A stretch of DNA of 32,000 bases, from positions 2,460,001 through 2,492,000 of the forward strand of contig NZ_CP030918.1 of NCBI RefSeq assembly GCF_003324675.1, given 5' to 3'. The translations under genes and the position numbers were made by a program. Numbering within the stretch: the first letter of the stretch is position 1; each line of letters begins with the position of its first letter. Positions 1 through 7,787 of this stretch are shown here, piece by piece. Below the pieces are notes generated by a model. The model ran no database searches. It was not told the DNA's origin and was given only the letters and a program-made list of their open reading frames with translations. The stretch comes from Paracoccus suum (GTDB lineage Bacteria > Pseudomonadota > Alphaproteobacteria > Rhodobacterales > Rhodobacteraceae).

Positions 1-80
1 TGCGCGCCGACCTGGCCGTCCTGACCCGCACCGTGCGCGCCTTGGGCGAGCCGCTGCCGCCCAGCGATCACGGGGCCTGA
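1..80 (+). CDS. 3' end of an unidentified CDS (last 25 codons: RADLAVLTRTVRALGEPLPPSDHGA*)
   Basis: Open frame runs off the left edge. TGA at 78-80 lies 1 nt before the ATG of the next gene, suggesting tight coupling. Too short to assign a family. Confidence 0.4.
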   Translation, partial: RADLAVLTRTVRALGEPLPPSDHGA

Positions 81-81
81 G

Positions 82-1704
82 ATGGCACTCGGGCGGCGCG
101 GCGGGCGGTTCGAGACCAACATCTGGCCCGGATTCGTCGATGCGATGACCGGCCTCGTGCTGGTCATCATGTTCGTGCTGACCATCGTGATGGTGGTCCA
201 GGGGGTGATGCGCGATCAGCTGAGCACGCAGGACCGTCGCCTCGGCGAGTTGGGCGATCAGGTGGCCCAGCTGGGGCAGGCGCTCGGTACCGCGCAGGGC
301 GAGCGTGACGCGGCAGAGGCGGCGCGCGCGCAGGCCGCGGGCGAGGCCCTGGCGCTGTCGCGCGACCTGGCGCTGCGCAGCGAGGACCTGGCCGGCGCGC
401 GCGCCCGCGTGACCGATGCCGAGGCACAGATCGCGACGCTGATCGCCGCCCGTGCCGCCGACAAGGCGGCGGCCGAGGCGCGCGAGCAGCAGCTGACCGC
501 CCGCAGCACGGCCGCCGAAGGCAGGGCCTCGGCCGCCGAGCTCGCGGTTGCGAGCGCGCGCGCCGAGATCGACGACAAGACCGCCGCCGCCCGGCTGGAC
601 GCTGCCCGCGCCGAGGCGCTGGAGGCGCTCATCGCCGACCTGCGCGCCAAGGGGAACGCCAGCACCACGGCCCTCGACGAGGCCCGCACGAAACTGAGCG
701 AGGCCGAGGCCGCGCGCCTGACCGATGCCGCCGCCGCCGAAGCGCTGCGTGCCAAGCTGGGCCAGTCGCAGGCCGAGATGTCGGCCATGAGCCTCGCCCT
801 AGAGGAAAGTCGCAAGCGGGCCGAGGACACCCTAACGCTGCTGGCCGCGGCCGACGCCGCCAAGGAGGATGCGCGCGCCGAGGGCCTCAGCGAGGCCCAG
901 CGTCAGGCGGCGCTGCTGAAGATCGCCAATGACAAGCTGGCGGGTCAGGAAGCGCTGTCGGCCGAGGGCGCGCGCAAGGTTGCCGCCCTGAACGCGCAGG
1001 TCGCGGCGCTGAACCGGCAGCTGGCGCAACTGCAGGGGGTGTTGCAATCGGGCGGCGAGGCACAGGCCGCTGCCGAACTGAAGGTCGCCGACCTCGGCCG
1101 TCAGCTGAACGCCGCGCTGCTGAACGCGGCCGAGGGCGAAAAGGCCAAGGCTGCCCTGCAGGCCGAGCGCGCCGCCAAGGCGGATGCCGAGGCCAAGCTG
1201 GCTGCCGAGCGCGCCGCAACCGCCGAGGCCAAGGCCCAGGATCTGACGCGCTACCGGTCGGAGTTCTTTGGTCGCCTCAGCGCCATTCTGGCCGGGCGGC
1301 AAGGCGTCAAGGTCGTGGGCGACCGCTTCGTCTTTTCCTCGGACGTGGTGTTCCCCGCGGCCGAGGCGACCCTGTCAGCCGAGGGCAGGGCGCAGATCGC
1401 CCAGGTCACAGCCCAGTTGAAGGAGATTGCGGCCGAGATCCCGCCCGAGGTCGACTGGATCCTGCGCGTCGATGGCCACACCGACAACACGCCCCTGTCG
1501 GGCCAGGGGCAGTTCGCCGACAACTGGGCGCTGAGCCAGGCACGGGCCCTCGCCGTGGTGCGCTACATGGTGGACGATCTGGGCTTTCCGCCGGACCGCC
1601 TCGCCGCCGCGGGCTTTGGCGAGTTCCGTCCGGCCGAGCCCGGCGACACGCCCGAGGCGCGCGCCGCCAATCGCCGCATCGAGCTGAAGCTGACCGAACG
1701 CTAG
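82..1704 (+). CDS. MotB/OmpA-family peptidoglycan-binding protein with a long central coiled coil
   Basis: N-terminal MotB-like TM segment with a conserved Asp (NIWPGFVDAMTGLVLVIMFVL). About 350 aa of Ala/Glu/Arg/Lys/Leu-rich helical low-complexity sequence follows. C-terminal OmpA_C-like domain (RVDGHTDNTP, NWALSQARALAVVRYM, NRRIELKL). Confidence 0.85.
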   Translation: MALGRRGGRFETNIWPGFVDAMTGLVLVIMFVLTIVMVVQGVMRDQLSTQDRRLGELGDQVAQLGQALGTAQGERDAAEAARAQAAGEALALSRDLALRSEDLAGARARVTDAEAQIATLIAARAADKAAAEAREQQLTARSTAAEGRASAAELAVASARAEIDDKTAAARLDAARAEALEALIADLRAKGNASTTALDEARTKLSEAEAARLTDAAAAEALRAKLGQSQAEMSAMSLALEESRKRAEDTLTLLAAADAAKEDARAEGLSEAQRQAALLKIANDKLAGQEALSAEGARKVAALNAQVAALNRQLAQLQGVLQSGGEAQAAAELKVADLGRQLNAALLNAAEGEKAKAALQAERAAKADAEAKLAAERAATAEAKAQDLTRYRSEFFGRLSAILAGRQGVKVVGDRFVFSSDVVFPAAEATLSAEGRAQIAQVTAQLKEIAAEIPPEVDWILRVDGHTDNTPLSGQGQFADNWALSQARALAVVRYMVDDLGFPPDRLAAAGFGEFRPAEPGDTPEARAANRRIELKLTER

Positions 1705-1707
1705 CCT

Positions 1708-2940
1708 TCAGGTCGAGCCGGGCGTCAGTCGTCGCATGAGCAGCCACGCAACCGCCGAACAGACGGCTGCGGCCGCGATCACCGGCACCGGCGTTCCGTT
1801 GTAGAGCTGCCCGACGGGCGCCGCGATCAGCATCGCGCCCACGGTCGACAGCGCCGCGACCAGCGAAGCGACCATGCCGGCGATATGGCCCATTCGGTGC
1901 AGCGCGATGGCGTTCAGGTTGCCGAAGGTGACCCCGGCCATTGTGAAGAGGCTCACCGCCCATACAAAGAAGGCGGCAAAGCGCCACGGCTCGGGGATCG
2001 CGCCGGTGGTGACAAGGATCAGCATGATGCAGGCAAAGATCGCCTGCGCGGCATAGGCGGTCGAGGCGATGCGCCGCATGCCCAGCCGCACTACCAGCCG
2101 CGCGTTGAGGATCGTCCCGCAGGCTGACAGGAGCGCCATCGCGGCAAACCACAGCGGGAACTGATCGCCGCGGGCATAAGCCTCGCCGAACAGTTGCTGG
2201 GCCGAGGACAGCAGCGCAAACATCTGGCCAAAGCCGAGTGCGATGGTCGCGGTGCAGATCACGACGTCGCGGTCCGACAGCGCCTCGCGCACCGCGGCTG
2301 CGAGGGTGCGCAGGTGCAGCGGCCGCCGCCGCTCGGCCGGCAGTGTCTCGGGTTGGCGCAGGCCGATCCAGCTGCTGGCGAGGAGGGCAAAGACGATGAA
2401 GGCGCCGAACACGCCGCGCCAGCCCGCGATGGCGATGATCGCCTGCCCGATCGAGGGGGCGATGGCCGGCACGAGGATGAAGAGCATGTTGACCAGCGAC
2501 ATCACGCGCGCCATTTCGCGCCCTTGCAGCAGATCCCGCACCAGGGCGAGCACGGCGATCCGCGGGCCCGAGGCGCCGATGCCCTGGATGACCCGCGCGA
2601 TCAGCAGTGCCTCGATCGAGTTGGCAAGCATGGCGGCGACGGCGCCGATCAGGTAGATTACGAAGCCGCCGATGATCGTCGGCTTGCGCCCGATGGCGTC
2701 GGAAATCGGCCCGGTAAAGAGCGTGCCCCCGCCGAGGCCGATCATGAACGCCGTCAACACCAGCTGCGCGCGGTTCACATCGCCCGGCACCATCTCGGCG
2801 GCGATCTGTGGCAGCGCCGGCAGCATCGCGTCGATGGAAAAGGCGACAACCGCAAAGGTGAACGCCAGCACCGCCACGAACTCGGGCATCGAGAGGGCGC
2901 GGCGCGGCCGGGACAGGATAGAGGGTGAGGGCATGGACAT
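1708..2940 (-). CDS. MFS transporter, Bcr/CflA (DHA1) drug-resistance family
   Basis: Polytopic hydrophobic protein with FSIDAMLPALPQIA and GPISDAIGRKP motifs. Start set at ATG 2940 (MSMPSPS...), because the upstream part of the 518-aa ORF is Arg/Cys-rich and would overlap the ABC gene. Confidence 0.85.
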   Translation of the reverse strand: MSMPSPSILSRPRRALSMPEFVAVLAFTFAVVAFSIDAMLPALPQIAAEMVPGDVNRAQLVLTAFMIGLGGGTLFTGPISDAIGRKPTIIGGFVIYLIGAVAAMLANSIEALLIARVIQGIGASGPRIAVLALVRDLLQGREMARVMSLVNMLFILVPAIAPSIGQAIIAIAGWRGVFGAFIVFALLASSWIGLRQPETLPAERRRPLHLRTLAAAVREALSDRDVVICTATIALGFGQMFALLSSAQQLFGEAYARGDQFPLWFAAMALLSACGTILNARLVVRLGMRRIASTAYAAQAIFACIMLILVTTGAIPEPWRFAAFFVWAVSLFTMAGVTFGNLNAIALHRMGHIAGMVASLVAALSTVGAMLIAAPVGQLYNGTPVPVIAAAAVCSAVAWLLMRRLTPGST

Positions 2941-3073
2941 CGGACACCTCGCTGGACCGCCGGTCGGTAGGCCCGCGCGCCGGGCTTGGCAAGGCGCGAA
3001 CCGCCATTCCAGGCGCAGACATTTTTCCGGTCCGGCGAAGCCCAGGTTCTGAATTTGCGAACCGCTGGCGCGG

Positions 3074-4060
3074 TCAGCCGACGAAGCTTCGGAACACGTC
3101 CTCCAGATCCGCCTCTTCGGTCGACAGATCGCGCACGCGCACCCCGCCGAGGCGCAGCGCCTCGAGGATCGCGTCGGCGGAGACCTGCGACGGCGCATAG
3201 GTAAAGGCGAGGCGACCCCGGTCGCGCACACTGACCGCCACGCCCTCAGGCATGGGCGGGGCACTCGCGCCGCCGCTGTCGATCACCAACACCTTGCGGT
3301 CGGCGGCCGCCAGCAGGTCGCTGGTGCTGGCGCGGGTCACGAGCTGGCCGCGGTCGATGATCGCGATCTCGTCGCACATCGACTGCGCCTCCTCGAGGTA
3401 ATGGGTCGTCAGGATAATGGTCATCCCTTGCGCGTTCAGGCGCCGGACATTGGTCCACAGCATTTCGCGCAGGCCGATGTCGACGCCGGCAGTCGGCTCG
3501 TCCAGCACCAGCACCTGCGGACGGTGGACGAGTGCCTTGGCCAGCAGCAACCGCCGCTTCATCCCGCCTGACAGGTTGCGGCTATAGGCTTCAGCCTGAT
3601 CGCTGAGGCCGACAAGGGCCAGCAGCTCGTCCGTCCAGCGCTCGCGCGGGGGCACGCCGTAAAGCCCGGCCTGCATCTCCAGGCTGACGCGGGGCGACAG
3701 GAAGGGGTCGATGTTCAGTTCTTGCGGCATGACACCGATGGCCGCGCGGGACTGGCGGGGGTTCACGTCCTGGTCGAATCCCCAGATCGTGACGCGCCCC
3801 TCGGTCTTGCGGACAAGCCCGGCGAGGATGTTGATCGTGGTCGACTTGCCCGCGCCATTCGGCCCCAGAAGTCCGAAGATCGAGCCCGCCGGAATGGTCA
3901 GATCAATCCCGCGCAATGCCTCGCGCGGGGCACCGCGGCCGGCCGGCGCATAGGTCTTGCGCAGGCCGGTGATTTCGATTGCCGGGGTGGCGGGCGGGGC
4001 CGTCTGGCCCGACGTCAGGTTGCGGGGCTGGCTTGCTGCGAGGCGCGGATCGTCTATCAT
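3074..4060 (-). CDS. ABC transporter ATP-binding protein (ABC-2/NatA-like)
   Basis: Walker [10 protein letters not shown], signature LSGGMKRRL, Walker [10 protein letters not shown]-loop TTHYLEEA. Start chosen at ATG 4060 (MIDDPRL...). Confidence 0.85.
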   Translation of the reverse strand: MIDDPRLAASQPRNLTSGQTAPPATPAIEITGLRKTYAPAGRGAPREALRGIDLTIPAGSIFGLLGPNGAGKSTTINILAGLVRKTEGRVTIWGFDQDVNPRQSRAAIGVMPQELNIDPFLSPRVSLEMQAGLYGVPPRERWTDELLALVGLSDQAEAYSRNLSGGMKRRLLLAKALVHRPQVLVLDEPTAGVDIGLREMLWTNVRRLNAQGMTIILTTHYLEEAQSMCDEIAIIDRGQLVTRASTSDLLAAADRKVLVIDSGGASAPPMPEGVAVSVRDRGRLAFTYAPSQVSADAILEALRLGGVRVRDLSTEEADLEDVFRSFVG

Positions 4061-4109
4061 GCCAGCGTTAAAGCCGCACCGCTGCGCCGGGGCAAGACCG
4101 AGAGAGAAC

Positions 4110-4352
4110 ATGGACATCATCCGCGCCTCGAACATTCCGCTGTCCACCAACCAGCAGCCCGGCGATGCCGTCATTCCGGCCCCCCGAACCGAGGTGGTCA
4201 GCCAGTGGAAAGTCGCCTGCGACGGCAGCGAGGCGCTGGAGATGGGACATCCGCGTGTCTGGCTGGCGATCTCGCCCCAGACCGGGTTCGTCGATTGCGG
4301 CTATTGCGACAAGCGGTTCGTGATCGATCCGGCCGCAGGCGCGGACCACTGA
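4110..4352 (+). CDS. Zinc-finger (zf-CHCC) protein, NDUFS6-like
   Basis: C-terminus [36 protein letters not shown] matches the CDGG..ALGHP.V....CGYCG..F pattern of the NDUFS6 zinc-binding domain. Start at ATG 4110 (MDIIRAS...). Confidence 0.75.
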   Translation: MDIIRASNIPLSTNQQPGDAVIPAPRTEVVSQWKVACDGSEALEMGHPRVWLAISPQTGFVDCGYCDKRFVIDPAAGADH

Positions 4353-4354
4353 GC

Positions 4355-5161
4355 ATGCGGGCCTCGACCGTCAGGTTCGGCCCGCACCGCATTGCCGCAT
4401 GGAGCATGGGTCAGGGGCCCGGCCTGCTGCTTGTGCATGGCACGCCGTTTTCAGCGCATGTCTGGCATCGCATCACGCCGCATCTTGCGCCGCATTTCAC
4501 CGTCCACAGCTTCGATCTGCTGGGCTATGGGCAGTCCGACATGCCGGACGCCGATGTCTCGCTGGGCGTGCAGAACGGCGTTCTGGGCGCGGTGATGGAT
4601 CACTTTGGCCTCAACCGGCCATCCGTGATCGCGCATGACTTCGGCGGCGCGACCGCGCTGCGCGCGCATCTGCGGGACGGGCGAGACTACGCGCGCCTGC
4701 TGTTGATTGACCCGGTGGCGATCCGTCCCTGGGGCAGCCCCTTTGTTGCCCATGTGCGCCGGCACGAGGCCGCCTTTGCCGGCCTGCCGCCCTATATCCA
4801 CGCGGCAATTCTTGCCGCCTACCTTCGCGGCGCCTCGCATCGCGGCCTGACGGACACGGGCCTCACGCCCTACCTCGATCCCTGGACCGGCGCCAAGGGT
4901 CAGGAGGCCTTCTATCGCCAGATCGCGCAGATGGACCCGGTTCACACCGATGAGATCGAGCCGCTCCTGGGCACCGTCCGCTGTCCGGTGCGGCTGCTCT
5001 GGGGCGTCCGGGATGACTGGATCCCCCTTGCCGATGGCCGCCGTCTGGCGGCGATGCTGCCGGATTGCCCGCTGACCGAGGTCGCAGGCGCCGGGCATCT
5101 GATGCAAGAGGATGCGCCCGAAGCGATCGTCGGCGCGGCGCTGGAATTCCTGCGTCACTGA
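4355..5161 (+). CDS. Alpha/beta hydrolase (Asp-nucleophile, epoxide hydrolase/haloalkane dehalogenase-like subgroup)
   Basis: HGTPFSAHVW oxyanion region, nucleophile elbow HDFGG, C-terminal GAGHLMQED catalytic His region. ATG lies 2 nt after the zinc-finger gene stop. Confidence 0.8.
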   Translation: MRASTVRFGPHRIAAWSMGQGPGLLLVHGTPFSAHVWHRITPHLAPHFTVHSFDLLGYGQSDMPDADVSLGVQNGVLGAVMDHFGLNRPSVIAHDFGGATALRAHLRDGRDYARLLLIDPVAIRPWGSPFVAHVRRHEAAFAGLPPYIHAAILAAYLRGASHRGLTDTGLTPYLDPWTGAKGQEAFYRQIAQMDPVHTDEIEPLLGTVRCPVRLLWGVRDDWIPLADGRRLAAMLPDCPLTEVAGAGHLMQEDAPEAIVGAALEFLRH

Positions 5162-5246
5162 CGGCTGCCTCGCGCACCCGTTGCTGGACATTCCCGGCCC
5201 CCCGCCGCAGGGTCCGCGCCATTGACCGCGACCCCCAAGGCCCCTG

Positions 5247-6536
5247 ATGCAGCGCAGCAGCCGACCCTTTGCCCCGTTCGAGTTCATGATCGCCTGGCGC
5301 TATCTGCGCGCGCGCCGGGCCGAGGGCGGGGTCAGCGTCATGACCTGGATCAGCCTGATCGGCATCGCCCTTGGCGTCATGGCACTGATCGCGACCATGG
5401 CGGTGCGCTCGGGCTTTCGGGCCGAGTTCGTGGACACGATCCTCGGCGCCAACCCGCACACGACCCTTTACATGGCGCCGCGCCAGATCGACGACGAGAC
5501 GGCAGTGCCGGGGATCATCAGTGATTACGACGCCCTGACGCAGGCCGTTGCAGCCTTGCCCGGGGTCACGCGCGCGACCGCGGTGGTCAAAGGGCAAGTG
5601 CTGGTCCAGGCCGGAGATCGCTCAAACATCGGGCAGGTCTATGGCCTGACGCTGGCCGATCTGAAGGCGATCCCGCGCGTCGCGGACGCCGAGACCGGGA
5701 TCGGCAACATAGATGATTTCGACAGCGGCATCGCCATCGGCAGCGGCATCGCGCGCGAGCTTGGTGTCGGCGTCGGCAGCAGCGTGCGCCTGATCTCGCC
5801 CGATGGCGCGCAGACCGCCTTTGGCACGACGCCGCGTGTCAACGCCTACAAGGTGGCCTATATCTTCACCGCTGGGCGCTATGACATCGACCAGACCCGC
5901 GTCTACATGCCGCTGGCCGAAGCGCAGTCCTTCTTTAACCGCGAGGACGCCGCCGACGAGATCCAGATCATGACCACCGACCCCGAGCGGGTCGACCGCC
6001 TGACGCCGGCGCTGCTGGCCGCGGGCGGCGAGGGGGCGCAGGTCTGGACCTGGCGCGACAGCTCGGGCCAGTTTCTCAAGGCGCTCGATATCGAGGATGA
6101 CGTTATGTTCGTGATCCTGTCGATCCTGGTGCTGATCGCCTCGATGAACATCACCTCGGGGCTGATCATGCTGGTCAAGAACAAGGGCCGTGACATCGGC
6201 ATCCTGCGCACCATGGGGCTGACCCAGGGCTCGATCCTGCGGGTGTTCTTTCTGTGCGGTGCCTTCACCGGAATCATCGGAACGCTGATCGGCGTGGTGC
6301 TGGGTGTGGCGCTGTCACTGAACATCAGCAGCATTATGGCGGCAGTGAACTGGCTGACGGGGGGCGGGGCATGGGACCCCGCGATCCGGGGGATTTATGA
6401 GCTTCCCGCAAAGCTGCGCGGGATCGACCTGCTCAAGGCGGTCAGCCTGTCGTTGGTGCTGAGCCTGGTCGTTACCTGGTTCCCGGCCCGCCGGGCCGCT
6501 CGCATGAACCCGGTGGAGGCCCTGCGCTATGAATGA
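5247..6536 (+). CDS. Lipoprotein-releasing ABC transporter permease, LolC/LolE family
   Basis: N-terminus [14 protein letters not shown], a periplasmic MacB-like domain, and a C-terminal FtsX-type 3-TM bundle ending [16 protein letters not shown]. Overlaps lolD by 8 nt. Confidence 0.9.
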   Translation: MQRSSRPFAPFEFMIAWRYLRARRAEGGVSVMTWISLIGIALGVMALIATMAVRSGFRAEFVDTILGANPHTTLYMAPRQIDDETAVPGIISDYDALTQAVAALPGVTRATAVVKGQVLVQAGDRSNIGQVYGLTLADLKAIPRVADAETGIGNIDDFDSGIAIGSGIARELGVGVGSSVRLISPDGAQTAFGTTPRVNAYKVAYIFTAGRYDIDQTRVYMPLAEAQSFFNREDAADEIQIMTTDPERVDRLTPALLAAGGEGAQVWTWRDSSGQFLKALDIEDDVMFVILSILVLIASMNITSGLIMLVKNKGRDIGILRTMGLTQGSILRVFFLCGAFTGIIGTLIGVVLGVALSLNISSIMAAVNWLTGGGAWDPAIRGIYELPAKLRGIDLLKAVSLSLVLSLVVTWFPARRAARMNPVEALRYE

Positions 6537-7188
6537 CGTGTTGCGCCTTCAGGGGATAGGCAAGACCTACAATCCCGGCACACCGGCCGCCGTCCCGGTG
6601 CTGTCCGATCTCGATCTCTCCATCGGCCGGGGCGAGGTCGTGGCCCTAGTCGCGCCGTCGGGCGCAGGCAAATCGACCCTGTTGCACATCGCCGGGCTGC
6701 TGGACACGCCGGACGAGGGACAGGTCGTCCTGCAGGGCCGCGATCTGACCGGGGCGTCGGACCGCCTGCGCACTCAGGCGCGCCGGCGCGAACTGGGCTT
6801 TGTCTATCAGTTCCACCACCTCCTGCCAGAGTTCTCGGCGCTGGAAAACGTGGTCCTGCCGCAACTGGCGAATGGCACGCCCGCTGGCGCTGCCCGGACC
6901 CGCGCGCGCAGCCTGCTGGCGCGCGTCGGCCTGACCGAACGCGAGGCGCATCGTCCCGCCGCCATGTCCGGCGGCGAGCAGCAGCGCGTCGCCTTCTGCC
7001 GCGCCCTCGCCAATGCCCCGGCGCTGATGCTGGCGGACGAGCCTACTGGCAACCTCGATCCCGGCACCGCCGATCAGGTATTCGACCTGCTGATGAATGT
7101 GGTTCGGGAAACCGGGCTATCGGCGCTAATCGCGACGCATAATATGGAGTTGGCCGGGCGGATGGACCGCGTGGTGCGGTTGGGGTGA
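6529..7188 (+). CDS. lolD: Lipoprotein-releasing system ATP-binding protein LolD
   Basis: Walker [10 protein letters not shown], signature MSGGEQQRV, Walker [13 protein letters not shown]. Translationally coupled to the LolC/E permease. Confidence 0.9.
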   Translation: MNDVLRLQGIGKTYNPGTPAAVPVLSDLDLSIGRGEVVALVAPSGAGKSTLLHIAGLLDTPDEGQVVLQGRDLTGASDRLRTQARRRELGFVYQFHHLLPEFSALENVVLPQLANGTPAGAARTRARSLLARVGLTEREAHRPAAMSGGEQQRVAFCRALANAPALMLADEPTGNLDPGTADQVFDLLMNVVRETGLSALIATHNMELAGRMDRVVRLG

Positions 7189-7219
7189 GGGGGAAGAATC
7201 ACGCTTAGTGACAATCTAA

Positions 7220-7684
7220 CTAAGTCTTCTGTGACTGCAAGAATTCCGTTATATTGCAGACTGACTCCACCAAACTTATTGCGTTCAGAAAAGAATCTCC
7301 AGGGCGAATAGAAAATACCTCGTCGCCCTCCAGGTATCTGTAATTCATGTTTAAATAGTCCGCGCCAATACAATCTATCAATTCCCCGAGTACGGGACGA
7401 AGAATTAAGAATTTGTTGAAGGCTTGTGGATTTCCATCGAGGGATTCCTCTACGGCATTGGTCAGTGCATCCAAGCGATGGCCGAACTTCCCTGTCTTCA
7501 GCTGGTCGGTAGAGAATCCCAGTTGCGATAGACACGCTTTCAATGACACCTCGAGAGCTAGTCCCGGCGAGAAATGTAGCGCTATCCAACTTGAATCTTC
7601 GCGCGGGATATTATTTTCATTCAAATAATTATAGGAAATTTTCACGAGATTAAGGTGGCCGATTCCAGGGATGAGATAAGGCAT
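7220..7684 (-). CDS. Hypothetical protein in a low-GC islet, possibly HEPN-fold (tentative)
   Basis: Only long ORF that fits the AT-rich segment. It uses A/T-ending and rare codons (ATA, AGA, TTA) unlike every other gene here. Motifs read by eye: LALEVSLKACL, GHRLDAL, YLNMNYRY, resembling classical HEPN landmarks. An in-frame TAG 8 codons upstream fixes the start at ATG 7684. Confidence 0.55.
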   Translation of the reverse strand: MPYLIPGIGHLNLVKISYNYLNENNIPREDSSWIALHFSPGLALEVSLKACLSQLGFSTDQLKTGKFGHRLDALTNAVEESLDGNPQAFNKFLILRPVLGELIDCIGADYLNMNYRYLEGDEVFSIRPGDSFLNAISLVESVCNITEFLQSQKT

Positions 7685-7787
7685 ATTCGGGGATTTCTTC
7701 CAATAGTGCTAACCACCAATCTTCTTCACCATAACTATTGTCGTGCCTATAATCTGATGCCCGCCTTATCGATCTAGTCAATCCTGC

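Noticed and set aside
1702-1710. Convergent OmpA-like and MFS genes have stops only 3 nt apart (and kup/MFS only 21 nt apart at 25256-25276), with no room for terminators.
   Set aside because: Tightly convergent genes are common in compact GC-rich genomes. There is no specific structure to report.
258-3022. Long ORFs antisense to, or out of frame with, the OmpA-like and MFS genes (for example 258-863 minus, 832-1302 minus, 1406-3022 minus, 2194-2928 plus).
   Set aside because: Their translations are Arg/Ala/Pro/Gly-rich and low-complexity with no recognisable domains. They fully overlap genes that do have clear family motifs. These are typical shadow ORFs of GC-rich DNA.
7204-7224. Weak AT-rich hairpin cttagt-N9-actaag between the lolD stop and the islet ORF stop, as a possible bidirectional terminator or att remnant.
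   Set aside because: The stem is only 6 bp, overlaps the ORF stop codon and has no clear U-tract. A comparison with the other islet edge (gatctagtcaatc) gave no convincing direct repeat.
7074-7589. 171-aa minus-strand ORF spanning the lolD 3' end and part of the low-GC islet.
   Set aside because: It overlaps both lolD and the better-fitting 154-aa ORF in another frame. It crosses the compositional boundary and has no start context or motifs.
7691-7714. Mini-ORF MVKKIGG-TAG in frame with, and just upstream of, the 154-aa islet ORF. This could be a possible interrupted N-terminal extension.
   Set aside because: Another in-frame stop (TAA) lies 11 codons further up, so no meaningful longer ancestral ORF is evident. 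It is too short to evaluate.
7725-7753. Plus-strand sigma70-like promoter TTCACC-N17-TATAAT inside the islet, pointing antisense into the parE 3' end.
   Set aside because: Such hexamers arise easily by chance in AT-rich DNA. The -35 element is only a partial match, and nothing else supports an antisense transcript. Only worth checking if transcription-start data exist.
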